Shown here: piece by piece, positions 50,130 through 63,960 of the stretch
Layout of the letters: every line of letters starts with the position of its first letter
How positions within the stretch are numbered: position 1 is the stretch's first letter
Assembly (NCBI GenBank): GCA_030704615.1
Contig: CM060734.1
Coordinates: forward strand, 5,704,001 to 5,768,000
Reading direction: 5' to 3'
Origin: Takakia lepidozioides
Taxonomy: Eukaryota > Plantae > Bryophyta
DNA length: 64,000 nt
Notes under the pieces: generated by a model
What the model saw: only the letters and a program-made list of their open reading frames with translations
Database searches by the model: none
Told to the model about the DNA's origin: nothing
Position numbers and translations under genes: made by a program

Positions 50130-51850
50130 CATGCGGAAATGAGGTTTCAGATTTCCGTCCGGACTGATTCTTTCGATTGCTGCTGGACGGAAATACGTAG
50201 CCGCAATTCCGTATTGCGTCTTGGTCATGCACCAGAGCGACGGAAATGCGGCACCGAGTTTCCGTCCGGGCAAAACCTTTACACTCTCCAGAACGGAAAT
50301 GCGGTAACGCATTTTCATCCAGCAAGCACGGTATGTGAAGGTGGAACGGAAATGCGGTACCGCATTTCCGTTCTGATTGAGAATCATGAACAAAGGGAAA
50401 AGAAATGCGGCACCGCATTTCCGTCCGAGTCGCACTTTCCGACATTCCATAACGGAAATGCGGCGCCGCATTTCCGTCCGAGTCGCACTTTCCGACATTC
50501 CAGAACGGAAATGCGGCACCGCATTTCCGCCCGGGTGAGACCTTCATACTCTCCAGAACGGAAATGCGGTAACGCATTTCCATCCAGCAAGCATGGTATG
50601 TGAAGGTGGAACGGAAATGCGGTACCGCATTTCCGTTCTGATTGAGAATCATGAACAAAGGGAAAAGAAATGCGGCACCGCATTTCCGTCCGAGTGGCAC
50701 TTTCCGACATTCCAGAACAGAAATGCGGCGCCGCATTTCCGTTTTGTATCTGATGCATGGAGCCGAGTGCAATTTCGATCGCTTGAGACAGCGCAATTCC
50801 GACCGCTTCAGACATTCAGACTATCCTGAACGGAAATGAGGTACCGCATTTCCGTTCTGACTGTAAATCGTGAACCATCGGAACTGAAATGCGGCAGCGC
50901 ATTTCCATCCGAGTCGCACCTCCCTCACAAGCTAGAACGGAAATGCGGCACCGCATTTCTGCCCGGGTGAGACCTTCATACTCTCCAGAACGGAAATGCG
51001 GCACCACATTTCCGTTCTTATGAAAAATCGTGAAACATTGGAACTGAAATGTGGTACAGCATTTCCATCGGAGTCGCACCTTCCGACATTCCAAAACGGA
51101 AATACGGCGCCGTATTTCCGTTTTGTATGTGAGGCATAGAGCTTTGGAACGAAAATGTGGCACCGCATTTCCTCCAGGGTCAGACCTTAATACTCTACAG
51201 AACGGTAATGCGGTACCGCAATTCCGTTCTGACTGAAAATCGTCAACAACAGGAACAGAAATGCGTCGCAACTTCCAACATTCTAGAACGGAAATGCATT
51301 GCCGCATTTCCGTTTTGTATATGAGGCCTTGAGCTGTGGGACGGAAATGCGATGCCGCATTTCCATTTATGTGAGACCTTCAAACTTCCCAGACCGGAAA
51401 TGCGGCACCGCATTTCCGTTCAGCTGAGACCTCTATACTTTCCCGAACGGAAATGTGGCACGGCATTTCCGTTCATCAACGAAGGTATGTGAAGGGGGAA
51501 CGGAAATGCGGTACCGCATTTCCGTTCAGATTGAAAATCATGAACCACGGGAACTGAAATGTTGTGCCGCATTTCCGTCCGGATCGCACGTTTTGACATT
51601 CCAGAACGGAAATGCGGCGCCGCATTTCCCTTTTGTATCTCATACATGGAGCTGTGGGACGGAAATGCGGCACCGTATTTCCGTTCAACAACTAAGGTAT
51701 GTGAAGGTGGAACGGAAATGCGATGCCGCATTTTCTTCCAACAAGCACGGATGTGTAGCTTCGTGATGGTACTTAACTGAAATGCGGCGCCGCATTCGCA
51801 TTTTCACTCCAACTCCAAATTTGAACACGTGGAGCAACGGAATTGCGGCA
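50130..51850. repeat. Intergenic array of the B-type 22-bp palindrome, >20 copies spaced ~50-56 bp
   Basis: CGGAAATGCGGCACCGCATTTCCG and variants throughout, between the divergent transposase and cargo starts. Confidence 0.93.
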
Positions 51851-54728
51851 GATGTCTGCACTCTATCTGACTGAAGTGGCATGAGGCGGCGCGGCCTGAC
51901 CGTTGGATAATGATGTTTGTTTTTCGGACAGCAGGCGTATCCTGAACGATTCGAATTTCGTAATGACGCAAAGTCCACGAGGAGACACTTTCCTCCAACC
52001 CTTTCGAACCCAAGTGCTGCATCACCGCCGTTTCATCTGCTTTTGTCATGTCTCCTCTGTCACCCCTCTCGCGCCCTTTCCATCTGCACTCTTCGCCCCT
52101 TTTCCCTGTCTTTTTTCTTCTTATGCTCAAACCTGAGAGGGAGGGAGTGCGTGCACCAGAGAAGAGACATCGTCGCAAGCTCCGAAAATTGTACTTCGGA
52201 CGTAGGCCAATGCCGAAGGGGAGGAAGCATATGCGTCTATAGGAGGAGATTGCCATCTCGCAGCATCAGGCCACGCAGGCAACCTAGCCACCAGTGAGAG
52301 CTCCGTGCTATCGGGATTCGCCAGCTGATCGAGCAACGAAACCCGCCTCATTTTTCTTCTGCAATTCTTAGACTGTATGCTAGGAGACTTGACTGCAGAA
52401 GATGTTTGCATGCCTAACCGGAAAGGTGGACGTGCTGGGGGATCGCAGGAATCCGAAGAGCCGCAGGCAGAGTCCGTGGAGCTAGCTGCAGCACGCACAC
52501 CCAGCCGATCCACGAGCACGGGTCTTCCTGCCGGTCCTGGCCCTGTGCGTTTTAAGGACGCGGCTTTGAAGGCCAAGTCTTTGCAGTTCAAAGCCCCAGA
52601 GAGCGACTCGCCTTCAAAGGTCATGGAGAATCGCCAGCAGGGGTCTAGCCCTTCTCCAGCAAAGATGAAGAAGAAGCAGCCCGTCCTTCAACTTGTTTCT
52701 GAACCGGACCAGGCCGTTTCCCCCCCACCCAGGCGAATGAAGCAGATTCACTTGCAGCAGACACCTTCACCTGCAAGAATGAGGAAGCACAAGGCAATCA
52801 GGGGGAGGGCGGAGCAGTCTCCCGCAAAACCGATTCCACGAGCTGAAGCCCAGTTCCTGCTTGATTTCCAACCTGCTGCAGCGAAGCCAATGGGATCGAC
52901 CGTCGATCTGGTACTGGAGGAGGGTGCTACCTCTCAACGTTCTCAGCAAGACCTGACCATAGTTGAGGAAGACCTGACCACTAAAGGCCCGGAGGAGGCC
53001 TCTGCAATTGCACAATTGTCCGCAAAGATTCCCCAGAGTGCAGCTCCAGTTGGGGATGCTCCAGCTGCTCAGCCCCTGCCGCCACCAGCAGAAATGTCTC
53101 CGGAGGAATTCCAAAGTGCAGCGGATACAATGTTGGAGGAGACACATAGTAGCATTGGCAAAGTTCTGGGCAGCAGGGTATTCCAGCGGACTCTTCAAAT
53201 CCCACTCTGTCGCATGGTCTCCCTTCCCATCGTCAGGCAGGCACTTCCCGGAGATGTGGATAAGCTCAAGTTCGCATTTCGAGAAGGGTACCGTTTAGGT
53301 TCGCCAGCCTTCTACGTTTCCCTTGAGAATGAGGACGGCGAATCTCGTGGACCCACTGCGGAGGAATTGTCAACATGGGATACCCACTGGCACACTCACA
53401 ACGACGAATTCGAGGCAACCCTGAAGGGTGATCCCGACTTTGGCCATATGTCGGGTAAAATGTTCTTTGTGTGGGACGGGAATCACCGACTTCTCGCCTG
53501 GTGGGAGTACATCAAGCAGAACCATGCCAAGCACATTGGCTGGCATTACATGGTGGAGTGTGTCATCCTCAAGGTGAAGGCGGCAGATTCTTCCCTGCTC
53601 AAGAATGCCATGGCGGACCTCAACTCGTAAGATACTCATACCCTCCCAACCACGTTCGAAATGCAGTGCCGCATTTCGGTTTCCAATCTGTTTTGTTTCC
53701 GTGCTTCCGTGGACTGAACTGGAGAGTGTGCCTTGCAGGGTCACTGAAAATGCGTACGTGCATACCCACATGGCACATATGCTGTACAGGGTGAGGAAAA
53801 CTGGTCTCACTGACCCGCACATGTTCGCGGAAATGCTGGAGCCCGAGCTCATTCAGAAAGCCGTGGCAAAAACTGACCGGACATGGTATCGTCTCACTAT
53901 GGATGGAATGGTGGAGGTGATATACGAAGTAAGTCGTCCTCCCATTCCCCTCTGCTCATCCTTCCCCAATTTCCGGTAATCTTTCCACATGAATCGAATG
54001 TAACACTTCTGCATGTTTTTGTTGGCAGTCAAACATCAAGCTGGATTTGGCCCATGCCAAACGCTTCTTCATGGAAAGTGAGGGGCAGGTCAAAACGTTG
54101 CAGTCATTGACTGAGCACTTGAAGGAAGCCGGGGTCAATCCAGAACGAAATACAAGTCAAAGCTTGTGAAGCTGGTGGCCATTGCAGATCCGGCACTTGG
54201 AAAGGACTTCATCCCCGAGATTGCAAAACACTATTCTCGGGCCATGCAGCCGACCATGCAGTTGAAGAAACTGCATCACCTCTCAACGGCATGTGTTGAA
54301 GCGAAAGAAAAGGTGATGTTTCAATTCACTGAAGTTCCTTCCTAGCAATAGCCACTCTTCTTCCTGCGACTGACATTGGATTGGAAATGGCAGACACGGT
54401 GGCTGTCGATCTGGAATGCATCGGAGAGTATAAGGACAATGTGGTCTTTTCCACTCGAAGTTTCCGACCCTGCAGTGGATGTGTGGCTCAACCGCATGAC
54501 TTGGTGGTTCCAGGTAATTCAAGGTACTTCCCCAGAGTTGCTTTTATGAAATGAATTCCCTGAACTGCTATGTGACAATGCATGTGGGAATCGCAGGTAA
54601 TGACGAATGCGAAGGAGCAAGTCGTAATGCATACAAATTCGTTCGGCTTGTACGTCAAACGGGATGGAACACAGACATTGGAAGACTATGTGACACGTTT
54701 CAGATGTGCTTACAAGGACAACCTCTTC

Positions 54729-54928
54729 TACCACCACCCCTTGTGGAGCCACCCCCACCGCAACCCGGTGTGCGGGGCTCCACCTAGTGAGCGCCTCCGC
54801 TTCCCTGAGTGCCTTGGGCACTCAAGGGTGCTTCAGCCCCCCCATACCTATGGCTGCCGCTGCCCCCACCACAGGGGCAGCCCCTCATGTGTCCCGACCC
54901 CCTACGCTCAAGGCAAAGGGCCGCGACA
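54729..54928 (-). repeat. Truncated 3' LTR of G1b (~200 bp)
   Basis: Matches ~60926-61126 and ends GGGCCGCGACA; a purine-rich tract GGTAGGGG adjoins it on the - strand. Confidence 0.9.
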
Positions 54929-55833
54929 CACACCCCTACCAACAGGGAGTCGATGTCCTCATCGACTTGTCCATTTTGTAGAAACGAACATCCAAGTTGT
55001 GGCATCCCACATCAAGGAGTTTGTTTCCGCACCATGGCGTCCCATGGCAAAGAACCAAACCCCACACTTGACTCTACTCTCCACTAGCTAGTTCGGCCGA
55101 CTTCCTCCAAGTCTCGGCCCAGGGTGGAGCCTCTCCAGCTCCTCCCAGTGCACTCTTCTTGGCCTACTTCAAGGCCAAGGAACGATCCTCCCCGAGGATC
55201 GAATCGCCTTACTGCAACAACATTGCTTGCGACCGCTCATGATGCCGCTTTTGGCATCACCTTGAGCAAGGGTTCACCTGGAACCCTCTTTGACTAGGAA
55301 GATAACTTTGAACCAACCGTGCGCCCCAATCACTACAATTGGGTCCGCCTTGGAATGCTGGCCTGAGGTACGGGAACACGCCGAAGCCGCACTACGACTT
55401 CGTCCCGAGGCTACACGATTATAGTACGTGAACGGAAGCACGTGGCTTCCACGTTAGCCCGCACTACAAGGCAACCCCCTCGGTAGCGCAGTTATAGTAT
55501 GCGCACGCGCCAGGTGCGCACTAGCACGTGAACTCCCAAAGAAGGCGCAAGTTTCCTTGCCCCTCGGATGGGGGTCACCCGATTTCGGCACTACACAAAC
55601 ACATGATTAACCCAATTTACCTCTCCCACTTTTATAAGCTAGCATGCATTCTACACACTAGCCAACCATACCATGCATCACCATTCCAAACAAAATAGGA
55701 CGCACAACATTTGGAATCCGTTTCATTTATAGCACGTTTTGTACAATACAAGTTTTTGCAATCGGATTCCTAAGCTAGCTAAGCCGGGCTAAGCATGCAT
55801 TTCCTCCCCCACGCTCCAAGGTTGATGTCCCCA

Positions 55834-58800
55834 TCAACGCTTCTTCCGCTTTTGAGGTCGCCCTTCGAAAGCTGCGACCGCCTCGAATGCGTTTCCCATT
55901 TCTGAGGCACGCACCCAAGATGCCTCCACATGATGATAGCCCTTCCATTTCACGAGATACTCCGTTTCTCGGTTCTTGAACCTCCTTGACTTAAGTATTG
56001 CCTCCACCTTGTACTCAGGTTCATTTTCATGATCCAACAGCATAGGTGGCGGACGCAACACTTGATGCCGATTCGGACGCGCTTCATCTTTGAAGTAAGG
56101 CTTCAAAAGGGAGACATGGAATACTGGGTGCACCTTGCTGTTTGCCGGCAGCTCCAATTCATACACATCCTCATTCATAACCTTCCGAATGCGAAAGGGT
56201 CCCGCATACAGAGGTACGAATTTCGGACTCACTTCCGGAGGTAGTCAGAAATTCTTGATGTTCAACCAGACCTCCGTGCCTGCCTCAAACTTCACTTCCC
56301 TCCGCTTCTGATTCGCCTGCCTTTCATACCGTTTCCTAGCTTTGGCAATGTTGTACTTTGCGAGCTCCAACAAACGCTCGCGTTCTTCTAGTACTGCCGC
56401 TACTGCCGGTTCCTCAACGTCCTGGGCGGCCCAACTTGTCGGCACCAGAGGTGCTTTTCCATAGACCAATACGAAAGGGGAAACTCCCGTTGCGGAGTGT
56501 TTTGTGTTATTATAACAGAACTCTGCGCGTCTAAGTGTTCCATCCAGTCTGATTGGTCTGCCGACACGTAATTCCGCAAGAATTGCTTCACTACGGAATT
56601 CACTCTTTCCGTTTGGCCATCCGTCGTAGGTTGGAATGCGGTGCTCATCTTTAGCCTCGTCCCCATCTTCTTCCAAAGTGTCCTCCAAAATTTACTGGTA
56701 AACTTTGGATCGCGGTCCGAGACAATATCCTTCGGGACTCCATGATGCTTTAAGACGTGGGCAAAGTAAAGTCGCCCTGTCTCCTGCGCCGTTGCCGTCT
56801 CCTTGGTGGGGATGAAATGGCCCATTTTACTGAACCTATCCACCACCACCATGATTGCATCGAATCCTTTTGACAGCGGCATAGCAGTCATGAAATCCAT
56901 CGAGACGCTTTCCCAAGTCCCCTCTGGAATCGGCAAGGGGTTGTAACAGCCCCGCTTGCTTTTTGTACTTGCTCCGGTTTTGTTGGCATGTGGTGCATGT
57001 CTTGACATACTCCTCTGCCTCCTCCCTCAGTTTGGGCCAGAAATACTCTTTCTTCAAGAGTGCCGCAGTGCGCTTGGCTCCGCCGTGGCCTGCAAGCGGG
57101 CTATCATGGCATTCTCTCAAGAGACTATCCCTGATCCCTCCCTTCGGCACGTAGAGACGCTTTTGCTTATACCGGAGCAGTCCATTTTGCAAGTGGAACT
57201 GCGATTTAACCCCCATCCTCAAGTCATGCATCACGGACTTCGCAAGCTCATCCTTCCGGCAAGCCTTCCGGCTCTTCCTTTGGAGCGCCGTCTCGCTCCT
57301 GTGCACCAACAAGAGCTGCTGCTTTCTACTTAAAGCATCGGCTACCACGTTGTCTCGTCCCGGTTTGTACTGGATATCCACGTCGAACACTGCCAAAGTA
57401 TCTTGCCACCTAAGTTGTTTTGGGGACAACTTGGGCTGCGTAGCAAAATACTTCACCGTGACATTGTCCGTGAACACCTTCACTGGGTTGGAACCAACAT
57501 AGTGGCGCCGGAGCTCAAGACAATGCACCACCGCCTTCATCTCTTTTTCGTGCGTCGGCCACCGTCGCTCCACTTCATTCAGTTTCTTACTTTTGTAAGC
57601 CACTGGACGTCCATCTTGCATAAGTACATCCCCAATCGCGAAGTCCGATGCATCTGTATGAATCTCAAACGGACGATCGAACTCGGGGATTTTCAAGACT
57701 GGAGCTTCCGCCATCCGCTGCTTCAATTCAGCAAAAGCTTGGCCACAAAAAGTGTTCCATGCCCAGACTTTGGATTTACACAGAAGGTCGGACAGCGGCC
57801 CCGCGATCTTGGCGAAATTTCTCACATACTTCCGGTAATAGGAGGCGAGTCCTAGGAAGGATCGCACTCCGGGACCGAAGTCGGAGGCTCCCAGTCCAAG
57901 ATCGCCCTCACCTTTCTGTCATCCATTTTGATCCCATCCTGTGTAATCACATGCCCCAAGAACTCCACTTTCGTGACCCCGAATTCGCACTTTGAAGCTT
58001 TGGCGTACAGCTTCCCTTCCTGCAATTTTTGGAATACCCTTTTGAGGTGCTCCTCCTTTGTTTTCGAGTACACCAAGATGTCGTCGATGTACACGATCAC
58101 AAAGTCATCCAACCAGTCCTGAAAAAGGCTGTTCATTAGCGTGCTAAAGGTCGCGGGTGCATTGGTTAGCCCAAAAGGCATCACCAAAAACTCGTAAGAA
58201 CCATACCTTGTCCTGCACGCGGTCTTCTCCTCATCTCCTTCCGCCACTCGAATTTGATGATAGCCGGAGCGCAGATCGATCCGGCTGAAATACTTCGCTC
58301 CTCCAAGGTACCGGTTTTTGATAGTCACCTTATTCAGAGCCCTGTAGTCGACACACATCCGCAGCGTCCCATCCTTTTTATCTGCAAATAGCACCGGGGC
58401 TCCGTAAGGTGACTTACTCGGCCGGATGTACCCCTTTGACATTAGATCTTTGAGCTGAGTCTTCAGCTCGACCAACTCTCTGTGGCTCAACTGGTAGGGC
58501 ACCTTGGCAGGCGGTTCCGATCCCGGTATCACCTCAATCTTGTGGTCAACTCCTCTTCGCAGTGGCAAGCCGCTTGGCAAATCCTCCGGCATCACATCAT
58601 GGTATTTCTCCAAAATCCCCTTGATCCAATCTGGGCTTGGCTCCCCATCGCCTTCTCCCTTCACTTCTCTAATGTAAAGCAAAAACTGGGGCTCGTGTGC
58701 CTCCTCCACGGCCCACTCCCTTGCTGACAGAAGGTTTATTCGCCCTCCCACGGATTTGGGCGTTTCCGACACTCGTAAAACCTCGCCACCATTCCCACAT

Positions 58801-60350
58801 GGCAGCGTGACCCTCTTGCGGCCATCTATGACCGCTCCGGATTTGCTCAAAAAGGTCATCCCCAAAATGAGATCCACTCCATCGATCTCGCAGATGGTGA
58901 AGTTCTCACGTCCCTCCCAACTCCCCAGTTGAAGAGGAACATCAAACGCCAACCTTGTCGCCAACTGTGGTTCTCCTTTGGCAGAACGCACCTCAATAGA
59001 GGCCCCCACGTCACTTGTCGGGAGTCCCAACTTTCGCGCCGTTGCCGGCGTCATGAAGGAGTGCGACGCTCCTGTGTTCACCAACAACGACACGTTAGTT
59101 CCGGATATTATCCCATCCACGAACAATAACTGACTCCCTTTACGCAGGGCGCTAGTTTCCTGATACAACTCACAAGAATAGTTGCCTACCTTGCAAGTCC
59201 TGGCAACCACCGCTTCCACCAAGCGACTGATGGTATCTTCCGACAGCTCCGTGGTTGCCCGAGTCATGTTCAATTGACGAGGTTTTGTGCACTTCTTGGC
59301 CATGTGCCCGGGCTCCCCGCAATTGAAACACACTCCATCAAAGGTCGCCTTCTGTCCGCCATAAGCACCACCCGCTTTTCCTTTCGAAGCACCGGGTGCC
59401 GCCTTGACGTGTGAAGGTCCTCCCTTCGAGTTCCACGTGCCATTGTGCCGCGTGGCCTATCCCACTTCTTTTTCGGTCGGGAGGAGTCACCTTCCCGCCG
59501 GGTCTTCTTGTGGTTCAGCTCCGTACGGCCTTGTCTTTCACCCCTAGGGACAACCGAGAAACATTCAGCCCTCTCAATTGCCTCGTTCAAAGTCTTAGGT
59601 GGCTTCTCCTCCAACTTCCGCCTGGCCCATGGGGCCAACCCCGCCACAAAGTTGAAGACCATTTCTGGTTGCGCCATATCCGCGACTTCGAGCAACAGCA
59701 CATTGAAAGCCTGGACATATCCCCAAATGTCATCTGTTTGCTTCAAATTCCTCATCTTGTCCCGGGTAAGCCAGGACGCATTGAGGGGCACAAACTGTCT
59801 CTTCATCAATTCCTTGAACCCATTCCAGTTCAAGGTTTCCGGACTTGGACCTCGGTCGTGAAGGCGTTTCTGCCACCATTGTTGAGCATAGCCCCTCAAA
59901 TAGGTGGGAGCCACTTCCACCCGATCCTCGTCACTCAACTTGGCCGCCCGGAAGTATTGCTCTAGCTCCAGGAGCCAGGTGTTGAGTGCCTTCCGATTTC
60001 GGACGCCCTTGAAGGTGCCGGGTTCCTTAGGCTTCACCTTAAACTTTGCCTTAGTGGAAGTGGCATTAGCCGCCTTCAACACGTCTTTCAACGTCCCGCC
60101 AAACTGCGCCAACAACCCTTCCCAAAAGGCTGTCGGCATGGGAGGCATCTCTTGGTTTGTCGGAGCTCTCAAGGATTCCTTGGGCTCCGACTCCTCGGAT
60201 TCCTCCCGCTCTTGAGCGGCCTCGTTTTCGGAAACATGCATCGCTTCCTCAAACGGCCGCCTTGGTGACACGTCGCCCCCATCGGGCTCACCAGGATCAT
60301 CATCTTTTGGGCCGTTCCGCTTTTGCTTTGGCTTGCCCGACCCCATTATG
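55834..60350 (-). pseudogene. gag-pol polyprotein with C-terminal chromodomain (multiple frameshifts)
   Basis: CCHC knuckle; LVNTGAS (catalytic D>N); YIDD; TDAS; HDSPLAGH..CTTC; SMDF..SDRD..GQTERVN; GPF motif; chromodomain YKVEAILKSR..YLVKWKGY..SW. Confidence 0.93.
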
Positions 60351-60387
60351 AGGCCAATCCCAAGGACGATCGCGTACTGAACTCTAA

Positions 60388-60399
60388 GCTCTGATACCA
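60388..60399 (-). promoter_or_regulatory. Primer-binding site, tRNA-iMet
   Basis: GCTCTGATACCA on the + strand, 2 nt from the LTR. Confidence 0.92.
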
Positions 60400-60401
60400 A
60401 G

Positions 60402-61126
60402 TGTCGCGCACCTCCCTTCGGTAAGCTCCCCTTCACGTCATAGTTACTCGCTTGATGCGCGCGCCTGACTCCCAACCTGGCCGCCGGGCCAACTTGGAGC
60501 TTCGGCTGCTCACCGGGACATAACGGTCCCCCTTCGGTTCCCACTAAACCCTCCACCTATTTGGGACTAGTGGAATTCCCTTTGGTAGATGGCAATCCGG
60601 AACAGCTCCCCACTCTTTGGTCGCTTTCCGGCTCGCTCGCTTACTCACTAGTTTTTGGTCACCAATGGGCTTGCACCGTTCTCGGGGTTACTACTCCCTA
60701 TATATACTTCTGTAGGTGTCCGCGGGGGTTTCATAACCAGCCATGCCATTTTATGGCGAACCACCACGAAAACCCTCGACTCCCGGTGACGAGTCGCGGT
60801 GAGTCTTGGCCCACTCATCACGGCCCCTATGGACCGTGATGAGTCCCAAGACTCCCCACGACTCCCACCACGAGGTCTCCGCCCCATGGTGAGTCCTATG
60901 CCACCCCCACGAAGTCCCGCTAAGCTACCACCACCCCTTGTGGAGCCACCCCCACCGCAACCCGGTGTGCGGGGCTCCACCTAGTGAGCGCCTCCGCTTC
61001 CCTGAGTGCCTTGGGCACTCAAGGGTGCTTCAGCCCCCCCCATACCTATCGCTGCCGCTGCCCCCACCACAGGGGCAGCCCCTCATGTGTCCCGACCCCC
61101 TGCCCTCAAGGCAAAGGGCCGCGATA
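60402..61126 (-). repeat. 5' LTR of G1b (~725 bp)
   Basis: TGTCGCG...CGCGATA (terminal CA mutated to TA); the B2 cargo exon resumes at 61127. Confidence 0.93.
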
Positions 61127-63394
61127 AGAAAGGAAAGACGTGTCCCTGCTCGGCCAGAGTCGGCAAAGGAAGCTACTGCTCTGGAACAATCCAGAAAGGC
61201 AGCTGAGATGGCACAGAAAACGGTGGATGCAGCTGTGCAGGCTCAACAGAAGGGTCGAAGAAGCGGACTCGCCAGCAAGGAGCAGCAGTTGTGACACCCA
61301 AGAAAACGAAGAAGCAGAAACAGATAGTGCAGGTAGAGGGTGAGGAAGAGGACTCCGATGGAGACTTTGCAACCAGCCCACCCCCCGAGACGCAGCCGAA
61401 ATCCCCTGTGCCCACCGTTGTTACGAGAGGGACGAGAACTGGCTCGGCAAAGAAGGCACTCTTCAACCCCCCGGGGGGGCACCCTTTCGAGCCGGTGGAA
61501 ATGAAGAGGCCGAAAGTGGATCCCGATACAGTAGTCCAGTGTGTGAATGAGAGTTTCTTGGCGGCTTTGGATGGACGGGCAGCCAAGTTGGCATACATGA
61601 AGACCATGGAGGGTCTGAAGGGCAGAGCACTAAAGAAGGCGGCTGCCGAAGAGCCTTCCGACACCCCGGGTTTCTGAAGATGGTCTCGTTCTTTGAGAGG
61701 GTGTGTGTAGACAAGGATTGCAGGAGGGGCGGAAATTCCACCGATTGGTCTTGCGATATGATCATCTTGGATATTCCAGACGGAGAGCCTGTGGAAGGAC
61801 TGCAAGCTTTGCCATCTTGGAACAGGTACTCCGAGGACTTTTGGAAGAAAGGATTCGGGCTCGCCCACATGGTGTTGGACGACAGAGGCTATGTGGTTGT
61901 CCTGGCGAGCAGAGGCAAAAACACGTAGACAGGAATTGCGAAGTGGACCCGCAAGAGCACTGTCCCAATTCTGAAGAAGAAGTGGACGTGCATCAACACA
62001 TTGGGCCTTCGGTCGGAAGGGAAGAAGGTAATTACGACCTTGGCACTCGTCCTTTCATTTCTTAGGAGTCTTGAAATGCGGTGCCGCATTCGATTTCTAA
62101 TCGTTCCCCACTGTGTATGCAGACGAAGCAGTTCGATGCATACTTCTTTGTGAAGGAGAACTCCACCTTGCTTTCCGGAAGGAGGGATTGTTGGTTGACC
62201 CGAACTGCGACCCCATCGATTACGACGTCATGTTCAACAACGTTCCCACGGAACTTCTCCCTCATAGCCTCACTTCAACTGAACCCCTGCGGTATTCACG
62301 CACTCGGAGCCCTGCCTTCATTCAGACAATTATGGAGACATGCACTGACGTGGAGGGCACAGTGCTCGACCTCATCTGTGGGACAGGTATGCATAATCTT
62401 GTTGTATGTTTTTATGCAAACTCTCGTTATGCTTTCATTCGCAACATCTGAAGGGCCATGTCATAATGTGTGGATGGCATTGTAACAGGTGCCTCAATGG
62501 GGGCTGGGCGGTTTTCCGACCGGCACCTCTTTGCCTACGAGGAGGACACAAGCGTTTGGGGATCCCATCTGGAAGGGCTGCAACGGAATGTGAAGGCTCC
62601 CATCGAAGTCAAAGACTCCTCGGATTCGTCGGAGTCGGAGGAAGAGACAGTGGACATTGATGCCGAGGAGAACCCGGAATACAAGTGAGTGCAAACATTG
62701 TAAGTTTGCAAAGCCTTCTGGGTGATTTTTTGTCAAACGCATTTCCGGACTGTGTTCTCATTGGTCTCTATGGTGATTGTTATATGCAGGATTGGAGGAT
62801 CCAGGTCGAAACATGTAAGGCCTACACTTCCTGCCAGGAAGAATCTCCCGTTCTTTGCGAGGGCCGACTTCATGACGAGCCCGGTGAAGGACTACTCCCT
62901 TCCTAGTTATGCAGCTAAACTCGCAAATACAGCGATTAGACGATGTGAGAATCCCAGTAAAGTAGAGCAGATTTTGGAGAGGGCTAGGGAGGACAGAAGG
63001 ATAAGGAAAGAGTTAGCAACAGCTGAGGCAGGTAGACGGGTGCGAAAGTTCATATGTGATTCAGCGGATGAGAGCGATGCAGACAGGGAGGACGACGAGC
63101 CAACGGAGATGAGATGGTCGGTTCCGCAAGGTGAAGATGGGATTTTCGAAAGCCTGGCCAACGACCAGTCCGCTGGAGATGAGAAAGGCAATGACGGGGT
63201 GGAGGCGGAGCAGGACAGTCAAGAACAGGCCGACAGTAGTGATGATTTTCAAGATTAATGCAATTTTAATGAACTCTCTGTACATTTAAATTCAATTCCA
63301 GAGTATATAAAATGGAATTCTCCCCGTCCTTCATGTCCCCTCTCCCATGTGCTTCTAAACGACAACATCGTCCAAACCTGGTCCCTCCCAAAAT

Positions 63395-63960
63395 CAGAAA
63401 TGCGGCACCGCATTTCAATGTCTGAACGGAAATGTGGAAACTGAAAAAACCTCATTTGGAAATGCGGCACCGCATTTCCAAAACCGGGGCAAGAACAAAT
63501 TTCCGATTCATGGTTTGGACATCAGAAACTGTTCGGACAAACGGAAATGCGGTGCCGCATTTCCGTTTCCGACACGGCAGTTTTGCCGATTGGCAGCTCC
63601 TTCCATGGATGTAAATCGAAATGCGGAGGGTCGAACATGGAAATGCGGTGCCGCATTTACCTTTTGGAGATGGACATTTTCCAACTGCAGACCCATCGAC
63701 GTTCTTGGGCTCCCAATTCCATGATGCTAGACGGGAATGCGGCACCGCATTCCATTGTCCAATAAGAAATTTCGATGACGTACATGGAAATGCGGCGCCG
63801 CACTTCCAAAAGGGACATCGATGTTGGCCCAATTCCAGACCCTTTGATGGAAATGCGGCACCGCATTCCATCGTCCTATAAAAACTTACATTGTCCTATA
63901 AAAACTTTCAATTGCCCAACATGGGAAATGCGGCGCCGCATTTCCAAAACAGACATCGTT
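63395..63960. repeat. Downstream B-type palindrome array of B2
   Basis: GAAATGCGG-NN-CCGCATTT copies at ~63397, 63458, 63543, 63639, 63786, 63849 and 63923. Confidence 0.9.

Larger units (their letters stand above)
54729..61126 (-). mobile_element. Ty3/Gypsy chromovirus G1, copy b (near full-length, degenerate)
   Basis: 5' LTR 60402-61126, PBS, gag-PR-RT-RH-INT-chromodomain, ~900-bp 3' UTR and a partial 3' LTR. Confidence 0.95.
52123..63258 (+). pseudogene. ParB-MTase-like cargo gene (B2), split by the G1b insertion (54729-61126) with an adjacent deletion
   Basis: ORF 52377-53630 contains WDGNHR. MTase-like exons are DMIILDIPDG (~61755) and VLDLICGTG (~62365). Sequence equivalent to B1 ~41865-42314 is missing. 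Confidence 0.82.

Noticed and set aside
50130-51850. CRISPR-like appearance (palindromic repeat with ~30-bp spacers)
   Set aside because: Spacers are themselves duplicated in higher-order units and the repeats are degenerate. There are no cas genes and the context is a eukaryotic transposon.
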